Assembly (NCBI GenBank): GCA_034780895.1 | Contig: JAUZTB010000068.1 | Coordinates: 17,670,589 to 17,734,588 of the forward strand | Length of the DNA: 64,000 bases | Source of the DNA: Rhynchobatus australiae | Lineage: Eukaryota | Direction: 5' to 3' | Shown: positions 39,330 to 51,545 of the stretch, one piece after another | Position numbering within the stretch: the first letter of the stretch is position 1 | How the letters are laid out: each line of letters starts with the position of its first letter | Translations under genes and position numbers: made by a program | The notes under the pieces: generated by a model | Told to the model about the DNA's origin: nothing | Databases searched by the model: none | The model's input: the letters and a program-made list of their open reading frames with translations, nothing else

Positions 39330-39905
39330 CAATTAGAATCAGTTTTGTTATCACTGACACGTGCCGTGAAATTTGTTGTTCAGTGGCAGCAGTACAGTGC
39401 AAGGCAAAAATTACGATAGGTTATAAATAAATAATGCAAAAGAGGAATAGTGAAGTAGTGTTCATGGACCGTTCAAAAATCTGATGGCAGAGGGGAAGAA
39501 GCTGTTCCTAAAATGTTGAGTGTGTGTCTTCAGGCTCCTGTACCTCCTCCCTGATGGTAGTAATGAAAAGAGGGCATGTCCTGGATAGTGAAGGTCTTCT
39601 TCAATGATGGATGCTGCCTTCTTGAGGCACCGTCTCTTGATGATGTCCTTGACGGTGGGGAGGGTTGTGACGGTGGAGATGGCTGAGTCTACAACCCTCT
39701 GCAACCTCTTTCTATCCCGCACATTGGAGCCTCCATGCCAGGCAGTGATGCAACCAATCAGAATGCTCTCCACTGTCTATCTGTAGAAATTTGCAAGAGT
39801 CGTTGGTGACATACCAAATCTCCTCAAACTCCTCATGAAGTAGAGCTGCTGGTATTCCTTCTTTGTGATTGCATCAATGCATAGGGCTCAGGATAGATCC
39901 TCTGA
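39330..39905 (-). mobile_element. Rex1/Babar LINE 3' fragment
   Basis: ORF 39462-39773: ESILIGCITAW..RKRLQRVV..HALFSLLPSGRRYRS..NSFFPSAIRFLN, a typical Rex1/Babar RT C-terminus. Confidence 0.88.
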
Positions 39906-40944
39906 ATAATTATGCTGTTTTCCTTGCCCCAGACAGAATGACTTTAGGACTAATATATCAGTTCATTGATCATCTTCCTCACCTATTTTTCTTGCCCAAT
40001 TTCCCAAATTCCTTGATTCCTTTGGTAGTTAGAAATCTATTGATACTAGCATTGAATACATTCAATAACTGACCAATCAGCTCTGTGGTAGAGAATCTCA
40101 AAGATTCTTAACCTTCTGAGGAAAGAAGCTCCTCTTCTTCTCTGTCCTAAATGACTGACGCCTTACCCTGCGTTTTGTCTCAGATCTCAGTCAAGCATCT
40201 TTCAGAGTACTCTTCTTATTAAAGAGCATCAGCCACACAGCCCCATCTCTCACTGAGATTTCTACATAAGAACTTCTGATCTGGAGCAGTGGCCATCGTT
40301 TCAACTCCACACCTACACAGCAATCCACAGAGAGGGCCTGTGCAAAGTTTGTACCTTAGTCATGGAAATAAGTCAGTGCTTGGAAACGTGAAAGGTACCT
40401 GTGAGTGGTTTTTATTCAGTCACAAGAAGCAATCATACTGACTAAGCAGCATTGAATGCCTATTCCCAATTCCCTTTAAGGTGGTGATGAGACACTTTAC
40501 TGATGTACTGTAATCCTTGTCATAAAGTCCTCCAACAATACTTTAGGGAGGGAGTTTCAAGGAGTTTGACCTAGCAACAAAGAAGCAGCAGTGACATATT
40601 TTCAAATATGCCACGAGTCAAGGAGAGTTCAACCCAGGACTAACTCAAAGGTGAAATAAAATAGAAATTTCACCATTTGCATTTCATTTTGGAATGTTTG
40701 GTTTGCATCAAACAATTAAAATTCTTTTACATAACAATACAATACAGTCTTTGGGCAAATACTAAATATATCTGTGTGACATTCCTATTTGGTTTTAAAG
40801 TAAGCAATTGTATATTTTGACTAAATGATTGGATAAGGAATTGTAATATGATTTTTAAATAATATTTGCACAGCGCAAGTTCAAAGTTATCAGTTTACAG
40901 TTTGACTCATACTACCAAAATTTTAAAACTATGGCCAATTCCAT

Positions 40945-41470
40945 GATGCCAAGTATTTTCTAACCATATCTTTTCATTTAGAGCACTGCATTTGTCCCAT
41001 ATAACTCTAATCCTTTCCGATTCACATAGCTAAATGAAACATTGTAATTGTACCCACTTCTACCACTTCCTCTGGCAGCTTGTTCCATAAACCCATCATC
41101 CTCCCTGGGAAAGTCTTGCCCATCAGGTCCCCTATAAATTTTCCCCTCTCACCTTAAACCCTAGACTCCCAAAACCTGGGAAAAAGACTGTGACCACTCA
41201 CCTTATTTCCACCCCTCATGAGTTTATAAGCCCCTGTAAAGGTCACCCCTCAGCCTCCAATGCTCCAGGTGGAAAAGCCCCAGTCTATCAGGTCTCTCCT
41301 TATAACTCATGCCCTCCAGTCCTGGTAACATCCTTGTCAATCATTTCTGCACCCTTTCCAGCTTAATGACATCCTTCCTTTACTAGATGACCAGAACTAC
41401 ACCCAATACTCCAAGTGCAGTCTCACCAATGTCTAGTACAGCTGTAACACGATGACCCAACTCTTCTTTT
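40945..41470 (-). mobile_element. CR1 3' fragment
   Basis: Minus-strand LQLY*TLVRLHLEYWV*FWS and downstream ORF2 motifs. Confidence 0.8.
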
Positions 41471-44134
41471 AAGTTTCAATATGTTTTTAAGTCTCCTTAT
41501 AACAAACCTGCTTTTGTCCAGATCATCAGTGTCAGGGGTACTCACTGTTAATTCAGACCTTCTAACCCTTATTCCTCTTCTCTTCATTATAACACCGCTG
41601 CCTTTTGTAAGTTGCTATACATTTCAAGGGAGCACATTTTGTCCATGCTGTCAATGTTGTAAGATTTGATGAACAACTGCTGCCCAAGAAACTTTCACCT
41701 TTTTCACTTCCATTAATCACCTCCAGTTTAGTAATAGCATTTGCAGCTTCCCATGATTTCTCAGATAAGGTTCAGTCCTCAGAACTCCTGGGTAGATTTG
41801 ATGGGGTCTGAAGGTTGTGCACAATAAATTGTGATGATTGAAAAGATGAAATGGCATTGGAGGAAGAACAAAGTGCATAATGGTGAGAGACTAGTACACT
41901 TTTCATTATAAAAATACATAAACTGAAAACCCTTAAAAGTCAATAGCCTTATAGCAAAAATTTGAAAATGGAGAAATATCTGCACTTATGGTGGGGATAA
42001 GGAGTTACAGCATTAACAAGGGAAGGGTTTACTTAAGAAACCAGTTCCTGGGACTACCAACCAACTAAAATAAATGCACTGGAAGGATACATATCTAATN
42101 NNNNNNNNNNNNNNNNNNNNNNNNNNNNNNNNNNNNNNNNNNNNNNNNNNNNNNNNNNNNNNNNNNNNNNNNNNNNNNNNNNNNNNNNNNNNNNNNNNNN
42201 NNNNNNNNNNNNNNNNNNNNNNNNNNNNNNNNNNNNNNNNNNNNNNNNNNNNNNNNNNNNNNNNNNNNNNNNNNNNNNNNNNNNNNNNNNNNNNNNNNNN
42301 NNNNNNNNNNNNNNNNNNNNNNNNNNNNNNNNNNNNNNNNNNNNNNNNNNNNNNNNNNNNNNNNNNNNNNNNNNNNNNNNNNNNNNNNNNNNNNNNNNNN
42401 NNNNNNNNNNNNNNNNNNNNNNNNNNNNNNNNNNNNNNNNNNNNNNNTTATTTTATAATCATGTTGCTCCATTGAAATACTTGATTTACAATGGATTAGC
42501 CTCTCTATGTGCCAAAGAGTTTTACTATAAATGTGCCAGCCAGCCTGGCCACCAGGTGAAGAGTTGGCAGTTTAAGAGGGATAAGGAGTGTTTGCAATAC
42601 CACTTTCTTATTTTACTACAAATCTTCTAAGCCGGTTTTAAAGAACGTACCACCATCCATATTGCTCCAACTTTCCTGACATGACTTAGGAGCCATCATC
42701 TTCTCTACTATGCTTTTATATTCAGTAAACATTTGTTGACCTCTCATCAGGAATTTATGAACCTGCCACGTTTAATAGATTCTATTTGATAGTACTCAAC
42801 CTGGAGCCAGTACAGTCTGTTTTTTTTTTGGCTTTTGGATTATTAACGTTTAGAGTGATTTAGTATTGATTGCTGCCCCTTTAAACAGCGTGTCATGTTA
42901 TGTTTCATTTACAGAGCTACATATAGGCAAAATACCCTTTAAATCTGAAGAGCACTCAGTGTTTTAATAAATAACTGTTATTTATTTGTATTATTATTTG
43001 TTCAGTTTGATGACATAATCCTCTTGATTAATTATTATATAACCTTACAAATTCTTAAGTGATTTTACTGTTGATAGCAATATCCATAAAAAGAAAATAT
43101 TGTACAACCAATATTGCTTCAAATCTTCAACAGTCATGTGCAGAAAGGACAGAGGAAATAGAAATAATATCTCCCCTGGAACAACTTCATAATGATAGGA
43201 ATACATCAACATGCAATTTCTTCTGAATTTTTACAACCTCTATAGATCTGATTGATGAAACTAAGCTGGTGTTCTTATGCCTAAAGGCTATATGCTTTCA
43301 TTGTTTTATTTTCCAATAAAAAGAAAAGGTCATACACATGCATAAACCAGAAAGAAGGATAAGGAGTCAGTCTCAGAAGGAGCAAAAAAAAATAAATTAT
43401 CCACATATTGATCGCAACTGACCTCACAAAAATAGCAACAGAATTTAATTAAATGCAAGAGTTAAGGTAATGAGAATACCAGGGGTTCAACCAAGGAAAG
43501 TGTCCAGAAAGCAGTTCCCCTTTGCAGTCACAGAGAGAAGACTTTTGTTGTCTGTTCCAACTGGTTGCAGTGGATTATGATGGGCTCAGCTTTGGGCAGC
43601 ACTGGAAAAATCAGACAAGACCATTTCACCTAGCAGGTGACGAAAGCAGATAAGGACTTGTATTTAAAGAGGACTTTCATTAGATCTCCAGGTGATCTCA
43701 AAGTGGTTTACAGTGGATTGGATGTATTGGGAATTATTGTGTTAAAAGCACTCAAAGTTTCCACAAATACCAAATGAACCTGGTTTTGATAGCATTGGCA
43801 AAGCAAACATGTTGGACATGGGAGCAATATGCTACTATAGAATCTCTTGTATCCACCTAAACTGGAAGCTTTGAATATCCAGCATGATTCTTCTGAAAAA
43901 GGGTAGTTTTGCACATGAGGTTAACTGGATCTACCCGTCCTCTGCTGTGGTTATATTTATCAAAACTTCTTGCCATACTGCTCATATTTATTACATTTTA
44001 TATTTATGGTAATAATAATTATAGTAGCTTACACCTATTTCTTTATTTAGTGTCTATTCTTGTGCACATTTAAGTTTTGTTGTTAATATAATGATTCTGA
44101 ACACACAATATTATAATTGGGGTAACAGAACAGT

Positions 44135-44450
44135 TTTGTTTCTGAAGTTGTAATCCAGAGCCAAGAACTAATGATCCAGGGATCCAAGTTCAAATCCACT
44201 GGGTAACTTAAATTCAGTTGAATAAATAAATCTGGAATAAAAGTCTGGAATAAGTAATGGCATCCAGGTAACCACCCATAGGCAGTAATAACCACCTGGT
44301 CCATCAATACACTTTAAGGAAGGAAACATTGTCATTACCCTAACTATCCTTTGAAGTGGCTGAGCAACTCACTTAGTTCAAAGGGACAGTAGGAATCAGT
44401 AATAAGTGCTGGCCTTTCCAGAAAGCTCTGACCACACGAATGAAGTATGA
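44135..44450 (+). mobile_element. tRNA-derived SINE (shark-type family; second copy at 61065-61310 minus)
   Basis: B-box-like AGTTCAAATCC, AATAAATCTGGAAT, TTTAAGGAAGGAAA and tail AATAAGTGCTGGCCTT. Confidence 0.6.
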
Positions 44451-44696
44451 GGAATCACGCATGACAAAGTGAGATAAATGNNNNNNNNNNNNNNNNNNNN
44501 NNNNNNNNNNNNNNNNNNNTTCCTTTGTAGTTTCATGACTAAATGTGCCATGAACGGCTGAGGAGAGGTAGTGCTTTTCTAACAGACACAAGGGATGCCT
44601 GAATCATTTAATGTGTTGCAGGTGTATATTCAGTATTGTCACATGTATCTTGTGTAGCACTTTGCTGTCATTCATATTCCTGCCATAAATTTCTAT

Positions 44697-44912
44697 TAAT
44701 TAAATTTTATTTACAGCGTGGTAACAGGCCCTTCCGGCCCAATGAGTCCGCACTGCCCATTTTAAACTACCCGTGCCTCTTTAGAATGTAAGAGGAAACC
44801 GGAGCAGACACGGGAAAACGTACAAACTCCTTGCAGACAGCAACAGGAATCGAACCCCGATCACTGGTGCTGTAATAGCATCGCGCTAACCACTACGCTA
44901 CCGTGCCACCCC
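44697..44912 (-). mobile_element. Young V-SINE with CR1-like tail and 9-bp TSD
   Basis: CpG-rich tRNA head (GGTTCGATTCC), internally deleted V domain, tail TTGGGCCGGAAGGGCCTGTTACC. Flanked by AATTTCTAT at 44688-44696 and 44913-44921. Confidence 0.88.
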
Positions 44913-45696
44913 AATTTCTATCATGACTATCATGGTCTATCATGACCTCCAAGGCAGCTGATGATGTAGCTTTCACCTGAAAGCTTCTTCTCTACATTTC
45001 CAAGTCAGATTGTATTATGGTCCAATGGTCCACATGTTGTATGTTTTGAAGCAATTAAACATCAGGCCTATGACCCAGTGATGACTGCCCTCTCCTGGCT
45101 ACCATATCTCATGGCTCCTGTGTTCCACACAAGACACGCTTGTTATTTTCTCCAAGTGATATTGCCAGTCCATTGTGAACTGATCCTTTCCCCAGAGCGC
45201 CAGACCCTATTCCAAGCTTCAAGTTACCAAGCACCAACTAACAATCCAAAGAACCAAAATTTTTAAGTGTCTTTCCAGAAAAATAAAAGCATCACAAATA
45301 AATTGAAAGTTGTATCCTGCCAGCAACTGGTAAGACTTCTTAAGAAATGTGTTAAGAAATGTACTTGAGTGTCTTTGGGGTACAGGCTCAGAGTAATGAG
45401 TTGGGATTTACTTGCAGGAATTCTGCAGTGGTTATGCAAAGAGCAGGGGAAAATGATGGATGATATCTGTTGTGGGATTGTGGTCAGGTCAGGCCGTAGT
45501 GGGAGTGGAGATATCAGCAATATTTATCTTAAGTGAAGGCTTTCCATAGTTATTGCTAGCCAAACCCTTTCAAGGATGTACTCAAACCTCCTCGCCATTA
45601 TCAAATACCACTCCACCCTTCTACTGCAACTGGCTTTCACTCACCACAGTTCTATCAGCTACTGTCATGCCGTTTCTCCAATCCTTCTATACCTAA

Positions 45697-46390
45697 CATA
45701 AGACACAGAACAGTACAGCGCAGGAACAGGGCCTTCAGCTCATACTGAATACCAAATTAAACTAAATCCATCTGCCTGCACATGATCCATATTCCTTCAT
45801 TCCCTGCATGTTTATCTGCCTGTCTGAATGCCTCTTAAACGCCACTATCATGTTTGCTTCCACCACCACCACCCCAGGAAGCATGTTACAGATACTTACT
45901 ACTCTCTGTGTAAAAAAAAACTTAGCCCATACATCTTCTTTAAACTTTCGTCCTCTTACCTTAAAGCAATGTCCTCTGGTATTTGACATTACTACCCTGG
46001 GAAAAAGACTCTGACTGTTTACCCTATTTATGCTTTTCATAATTTTATGAACCTCGATCAGATCTCCCTCAACCTCCAACACTCCAGAGAAAACACTCCA
46101 AGTTTGTTCAACCTTTCCTCATAGCTCATACCCTCTAATCCAGGCAGCATCCTTGCAAACCTCTTCTTACCAAAGCCTTCACACCCTGGTGACCAGAACT
46201 GCACACAGTACTCCAAATGCAGTGTAACCAAAGTTTTATGCAGCTGCAACATGACTTTCTGACTCTTGTACTCAATGCCCTAACAGATGAAGGCAACAGA
46301 GCCATACACCTTCTTTACCACCCTATCTATTTGTGTTGCTACTTTCAGGGGGCTATGGACTTGGACCCCCAAGATCCCTCTGTACATCAA
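45697..46390 (-). mobile_element. CR1 3' fragment
   Basis: MLQLHKTLVTLHLEYCVQFWSP, GDLIEVHKIM..NTRGH..FFTQRVV, plus tail. Confidence 0.9.
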
Positions 46391-46899
46391 CCTTGATATC
46401 TTTTACCCCACACCTTGCCTTTTGCCTGAGGAAATGTTTACTGACAGAATTTTGTCNNNNNNNNNNNNNNNNNNNNNNNNNNNNNNNNNNNNNCATCTCT
46501 CCAATGCTTCTCCATTTCAGCTCTCTCTTCCCGGTATTGCTGGATCCCCAGACCCCAACACAGTACCTTCAGAAGCTATGGTACACAGGCATCCTTCCCC
46601 CACCTCCTAGTGCTTTCAATTATCATAATTGCCTCTCCATTTACCTCACCTCCCACAAACCCCCTCCTGGTTTTCTGGATCCCTCACATCCACCCCAATT
46701 TTAACTGCACCTCATAAACCTCATTCTAAACACTAGGAGAACCCTTTCCAGGACCAGCCTAAAGCTTTGCTTTTCAAAGAAGCAGAGATAAAATTATCTA
46801 TGTTGCTAAATAAACTGTGTTTTTAGTAATCAAGGGCTTTTTAACAGTTGCTGTTAAATATGCACTCTCTCTTAGTGTTATTTAAACTTGCCATGCTTT

Positions 46900-47130
46900 C
46901 AGAAGTGCTTTCACTTCTAAGTCCCACTCCCAAGACTTGAGCATAAAAATCTACAGTAGCACTCCAGTATTGCCCTGTTAGAGGTGGTGCATTAAATTCC
47001 ACATCTTAAAAGATCCCATGGACAATTTTGATGAACTCCAAGGGAGTTATCCCTTGTAGTCCGACTATTACTTATCCCTTGTGGTCTGGCTATTACTTAT
47101 CCCTCATTCCACATTATGAAAATGTTGTTT
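46900..47130 (+). mobile_element. Deu-domain SINE remnant (SacSINE1/AmnSINE1-like)
   Basis: Decayed tRNA-like head and Deu-domain hallmark TAAAAGATCCCATGG; contains a 25-bp tandem duplication at 47047-47096. Confidence 0.6.
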
Positions 47131-47757
47131 GTCTTACACTGATCCAAAGTGGATAGCTTTACTTCTCTATAGTTATTAATCTTAGCTACACTGATGAAAT
47201 TAAATACGAGAGAAAAATTAATAAAAAACCCATCTCCACACATCTAATGCTTGCTGGCACATGACAATAGAAGAAGCCCATGTGCACCAAACCACTCACT
47301 TAACTCAGGAATTAAAGAACTATTTCGTAAAAAAGAAATCTGAAAGGGCAAGCTGCATTCTCTGCGCACAAATATATACTGGCTCAGATATTATAGAAAC
47401 AACAGTAAAGGCAGCAGCATTGTGGAAATCCTGAAGACACTGTCAGTAATTTCCTGCTCCTCCACAGATGGTATTGATTCCTCTGCCACATTTGGGAGGT
47501 AGTGGGTGGGCGAAGAAAATCACTGAATTGGTAAAAAAAATTTAATTACAAACTAATCTTCTGTAAAATATTCTTAACCATTCATCCTTACTGCATAAGG
47601 TCTCACCAACTATTTAAATAGCATACAAATATGCAAATATCAGGGATGCAATTCCATTGCAAGTATTTCAAAATATAATGGATTTTAAAATAAATATTCA
47701 TTTAGAATATTCTAACTTTCTATAAATATATTAAAAAAAATTTAAAAATGTGTGTGT

Positions 47758-47860
47758 GTGTGGCATACAAAAGTTTGGGCACCCCTGGTTAAAATTTCTG
47801 TAGCCAGATAAGAGTCTTTAAATTCTTGTTTGTGGGATTTTTGCCCATTCTTCCTTTTAA
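47758..47860 (+). mobile_element. Tc1-like DNA transposon terminal fragment
   Basis: GTGGCATACAAAAGTTTGGGCACCCCTG resembles Tc1 TIR starts; followed by TTTTGCCCATTCTTCC; cut by a gap. Confidence 0.6.
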
Positions 47861-49088
47861 NNNNNNNNNNNNNNNNNNNNNNNNNNNNNNNNNNNNNNNN
47901 NNNNNNNNNNNNNNNNNNNNNNNNNNNNNNNNNNNNNNNNNNNNNNNNNNNNNNNNNNNNTTCCACATTATTAAAATGTTGTTTGGCGTTTTTAAAATAT
48001 GTCAGCTGTGTGCAAATTGGCTGCAGCATCTCCTGTACAAATCATAAACTCTTAATTCACTTCAAAGCACTTTGAAAAATCCTGAAAAAACACTAAATAA
48101 AAGCAAATCTCCATTCTAAATGAATCTGAAAAAAAAATCAAACAAGAATCTTATAATACTCTTTATAAAAATCCAGCCTAAGATGCTGATTATGTAATAT
48201 ACTTTACCATGCAAAAAAATGCACATAAACCTCCCTGATAATACAATACCATGGAAGTCCACAAATGATTTAAGTACAAAGAATTGAGAATATGATTCAT
48301 ATGCATGTTAATGAAGTGTTTTCTTTGTAAAAGTCCTATGCTACCTCCCTCTTTACTGAAAGTTAAAAGACAGCTCAACGTAGTAGAGCAGAAATATTCA
48401 TAACAAAATCATTTTTTAATTCCAGTGTGCATGCTGTTATTGATATTTTGCTGACCAGAAATCTGATCCTAACTGTAAGTAAGATACAAGTTATGAGCTA
48501 CTGGAGTTAGTTTTTATTTTCCTGGCCAAGAAATAATGCAATCCAGACACCTTTCTACAATCTATTCATATTACAAACAGAACATTACATTATTGTCAAA
48601 GTTATTAAGATATCTTTCATTTACTTTCATATTTTTTCTGCATTCTAATTTCACATATTTGAATACTATTGATGATTGGCTATTTCGTCATATTTGCAAT
48701 AAAAAATATAGAAGCAAAGCTGAAATGGGGCCCTTTGCCCATGCAAAACCCAGTATACTTAAGAGATAATCATTAAGATAACATCATGGAAACTAACAAT
48801 TAACTCCTCCGGTTCTTGACTGTTAATGTGGAGATGCATTAACTGTCTAGCGCAGGCTTTGTTCATTGCACTTGTCCATATATGCAGATTCCTCTGTTAT
48901 GCTTTGACAATTTATTTTAAAAAATCCATCCTTCACTAAGAATTCATTACTCCACTATTAATAGGAAACATCCAAAGGATTCAGAATTTCTGTAAACTGT
49001 AATCATGTTGAAACAAAACATAAAGAAGTTAGGTGCAACACACAACATGCTGGAGGAACTCAGGCAGCATCTACTGAGGGAAATGGAC

Positions 49089-49124
49089 AGTCAACGTTTT
49101 GGGTTGAGACCCTTCATCAAGACT
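49089..49124 (-). ncRNA. Minimal hammerhead motif with perfect stems and mutated core (in PLE pLTR fragment, about 49030-49125)
   Basis: Minus strand AGTC-TTGATGA-A-GGGT-CTCA-ACCC-AAAAC-GTT-GACT: stem I AGTC/GACT, stem II GGGT/ACCC, ACGT palindrome; C3U and G12A substitutions. Confidence 0.7.
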
Positions 49125-49934
49125 TGTCATGGTTCTGAGTTCTGGCCCTCATTTGGCTCCATTAATGCCTTGTTGTCCAGCACATGGATTCCATGCTGGN
49201 NNNNNNNNNNNNNNNNNNNNNNNNNNNNNNNNNNNNNNNNNNNNNNNNNNNNNNNNNNNNNNNNNNNNNNNNNNNNNNNNNNNNNNNNNNNNNNNNNNNT
49301 GTGTTTGTCCTGAGGAAGTATCCTGACTCCAGTCTTGTATCAGCATGCTGCATTTGGGTTCTCTGAGTTTGCTCTCGATCAACATTGTGACAGGACTGGG
49401 ATTTCCAGCATCTGTAGTCTTTCTTGTGTCTCCATAAAAAGTTGGTCACTTCCTTCAGTACTGTGACCATGGCTTAAATATTTTAAATTTGAATCCTCCT
49501 CTCAAAAAATGTGAAAAATAACTTTATTTGACACAACTGTATTATGAGAAGGATGAAATTGCAGATTCATAACTGTCTTTCTATTCTAATAGTGGGCAAT
49601 AGAAACATAACTTGCCTCTCTCTATTGGAAGAGGTCATATTGCATCACAAATGTATTATTGGATAAAAATGTACAATTGTTGATTTTGTAAAAGATACAG
49701 GATACTTTAGAACTTATAACAGATGTTATGAATGTAACAGAATCTTGAAAAGGAAGAACTGCCAATCATTGACCAAGCACATAAAATTTACAAGCACTTT
49801 TAACACTATTTGATTAAAATTTCATAAATGCTAGCATATTTAAATAAAACCAAACCATGAGCAATTAGAAACTATTACAATTACTATTCCAATAATATTA
49901 ACATATTATTCTCAGTCAATCTGATAATTGCAAA

Positions 49935-51545
49935 GATGTTGCCTCCTGCACTTGTGCTGAACTCATCAATTTTTTCACCTTCGCTACTAACATTAACCCT
50001 GCTCTCGAATTCACATGGACCATTTCTGACTCCTTTTTCTGGATCTCTCCATCTCCACCTCAGGAGACAACCTATCCACTGACTTCCACAGCTCCCTGGA
50101 CTAAACTGCCTTCCATACTATCTCTTGAAAGGATGCCATCCTTTCCTCTCAGTTTCACTCAACTGCATCTGTTTTCCAGATGAGGCCTTCCATTACAGGA
50201 TATCTGAGATGTCCTCCTTTTTCAGGAAATGTGGCTTCCCTTCTACTATTGTTGATGGAGCCCTCTCTTGAATCTTCTCCATTTCTCAGTATTCTGCTCT
50301 CACTTTATTTCTCTCCAAACAGAACAGAGATAGTTCCCCTAGCCCTCACCTTTCACCTGACTGGCCTCTGCATCCAGCACATCATCATTCATCATTTCCA
50401 CCAGATGTATCAAGATCCCACCACCAGCCACATCTTCTCCTCCCACCCCTTTCTGCCTTCCACAGGGACCACACCCTCTATTACTGTCTGGTCCGCTCAT
50501 TCCTCCCCATCCACCCCTCCTTGACCCCTGGCTCTTTCCTCTGCACCCACAGGAGGTGCAACACTTGTCCTTACACCTCCTCCCTCAACACTATCCAAGG
50601 ACTTAGACAGCCCTTCCAGGTGAGGCAAAAATTTACATGTACCACCTCCAACCTTGTTTACTACATTCAGTGTTCCTGATGTGGCCTCGTGTACATCACT
50701 GAGACCAAGCACAGATGAGGTGACTGATTTGCCAAGCACCTGCACCCTGTCTTCTTTATCATGAGTTTCTGGTTGCACGCCATTTCAGCTCCCCTTCCCA
50801 TTCCCACACTGACCTATCCATCCTCTGCCTTCTCCACTGCCAGGGTGAGGCCCAATGCAAACAAGAGGAACAACAGCTCACATTTCTCCTGGGTAGTCTA
50901 CAACCCAAAGGTANNNNNNNNNNNNNNNNNNNNNNNNNNNNNNNNNNNNNNNNNNNNNNNNNNNNNNNNNNNNNNNNNNNNNNNNNNNNNNNNNNNNNNN
51001 NNNNNNNNNNNNNNNNNNNNNNNNNNNNNNNNNNNNNNNNNNNNNNNNNNNNNNNNNNNNNNNNNNNNNNNNNNNNNNNNNNNNNNNNNNNNNNNNNNNN
51101 NNNNNNNNNNNNNNNNNNNNNNNNNNNNNNNNNNNNNNNNNNNNNNNNNNNNNNNNNNNNNNNNNNNNNNNNNNNNNNNNNNNNNNNNNNNNNNNNNNNN
51201 NNNNNNNNNNNNNNNNNNNNNNNNNNNNNNNNNNNNNNNNNNNNNTTCTAACATTTTTACTTTTATTTTACTTATTATCATAAGTAGTTATTAATAAGGT
51301 AGTTTTTAACACATACATGTCTCGGTGTGTTTCTTTTGTTGCTGGTACATAACACACCCCTCCTCAGTCCACCTATCTCATCACCTGCCCTCTCCTCTTT
51401 ACACCAGGCATCTTCCCTCTCCACTCTCAATTCCTGATGCAGGGTTTCAACTGAAACATGGACAATTCCTCCCCCCCCCCCACCCACACAGATGCTGCCT
51501 TCCCTGAGTTCCTCCAGCAGATTATTTGTTACCCCAATTTCTAGT
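49935..51545 (+). mobile_element. Penelope-like element (RT C-terminus, GIY-YIG, pLTR)
   Basis: PALEFTWTISD..FLDLSISTSGD, VPLALTFH, CNTCPYTS, CGLVYITETK, KQEEQQLTFLLGSLQPK. pLTR with CTGATGC-AGGGTTTCAACT-GAAAC at 51434-51457. Confidence 0.88.

Noticed and set aside
39462-39773. 103-aa ORF that could be taken for a host gene
   Set aside because: It is the C-terminus of a Rex1/Babar reverse transcriptase; decayed copies occur at 31.2-31.8 and 57.7-58.0 kb.
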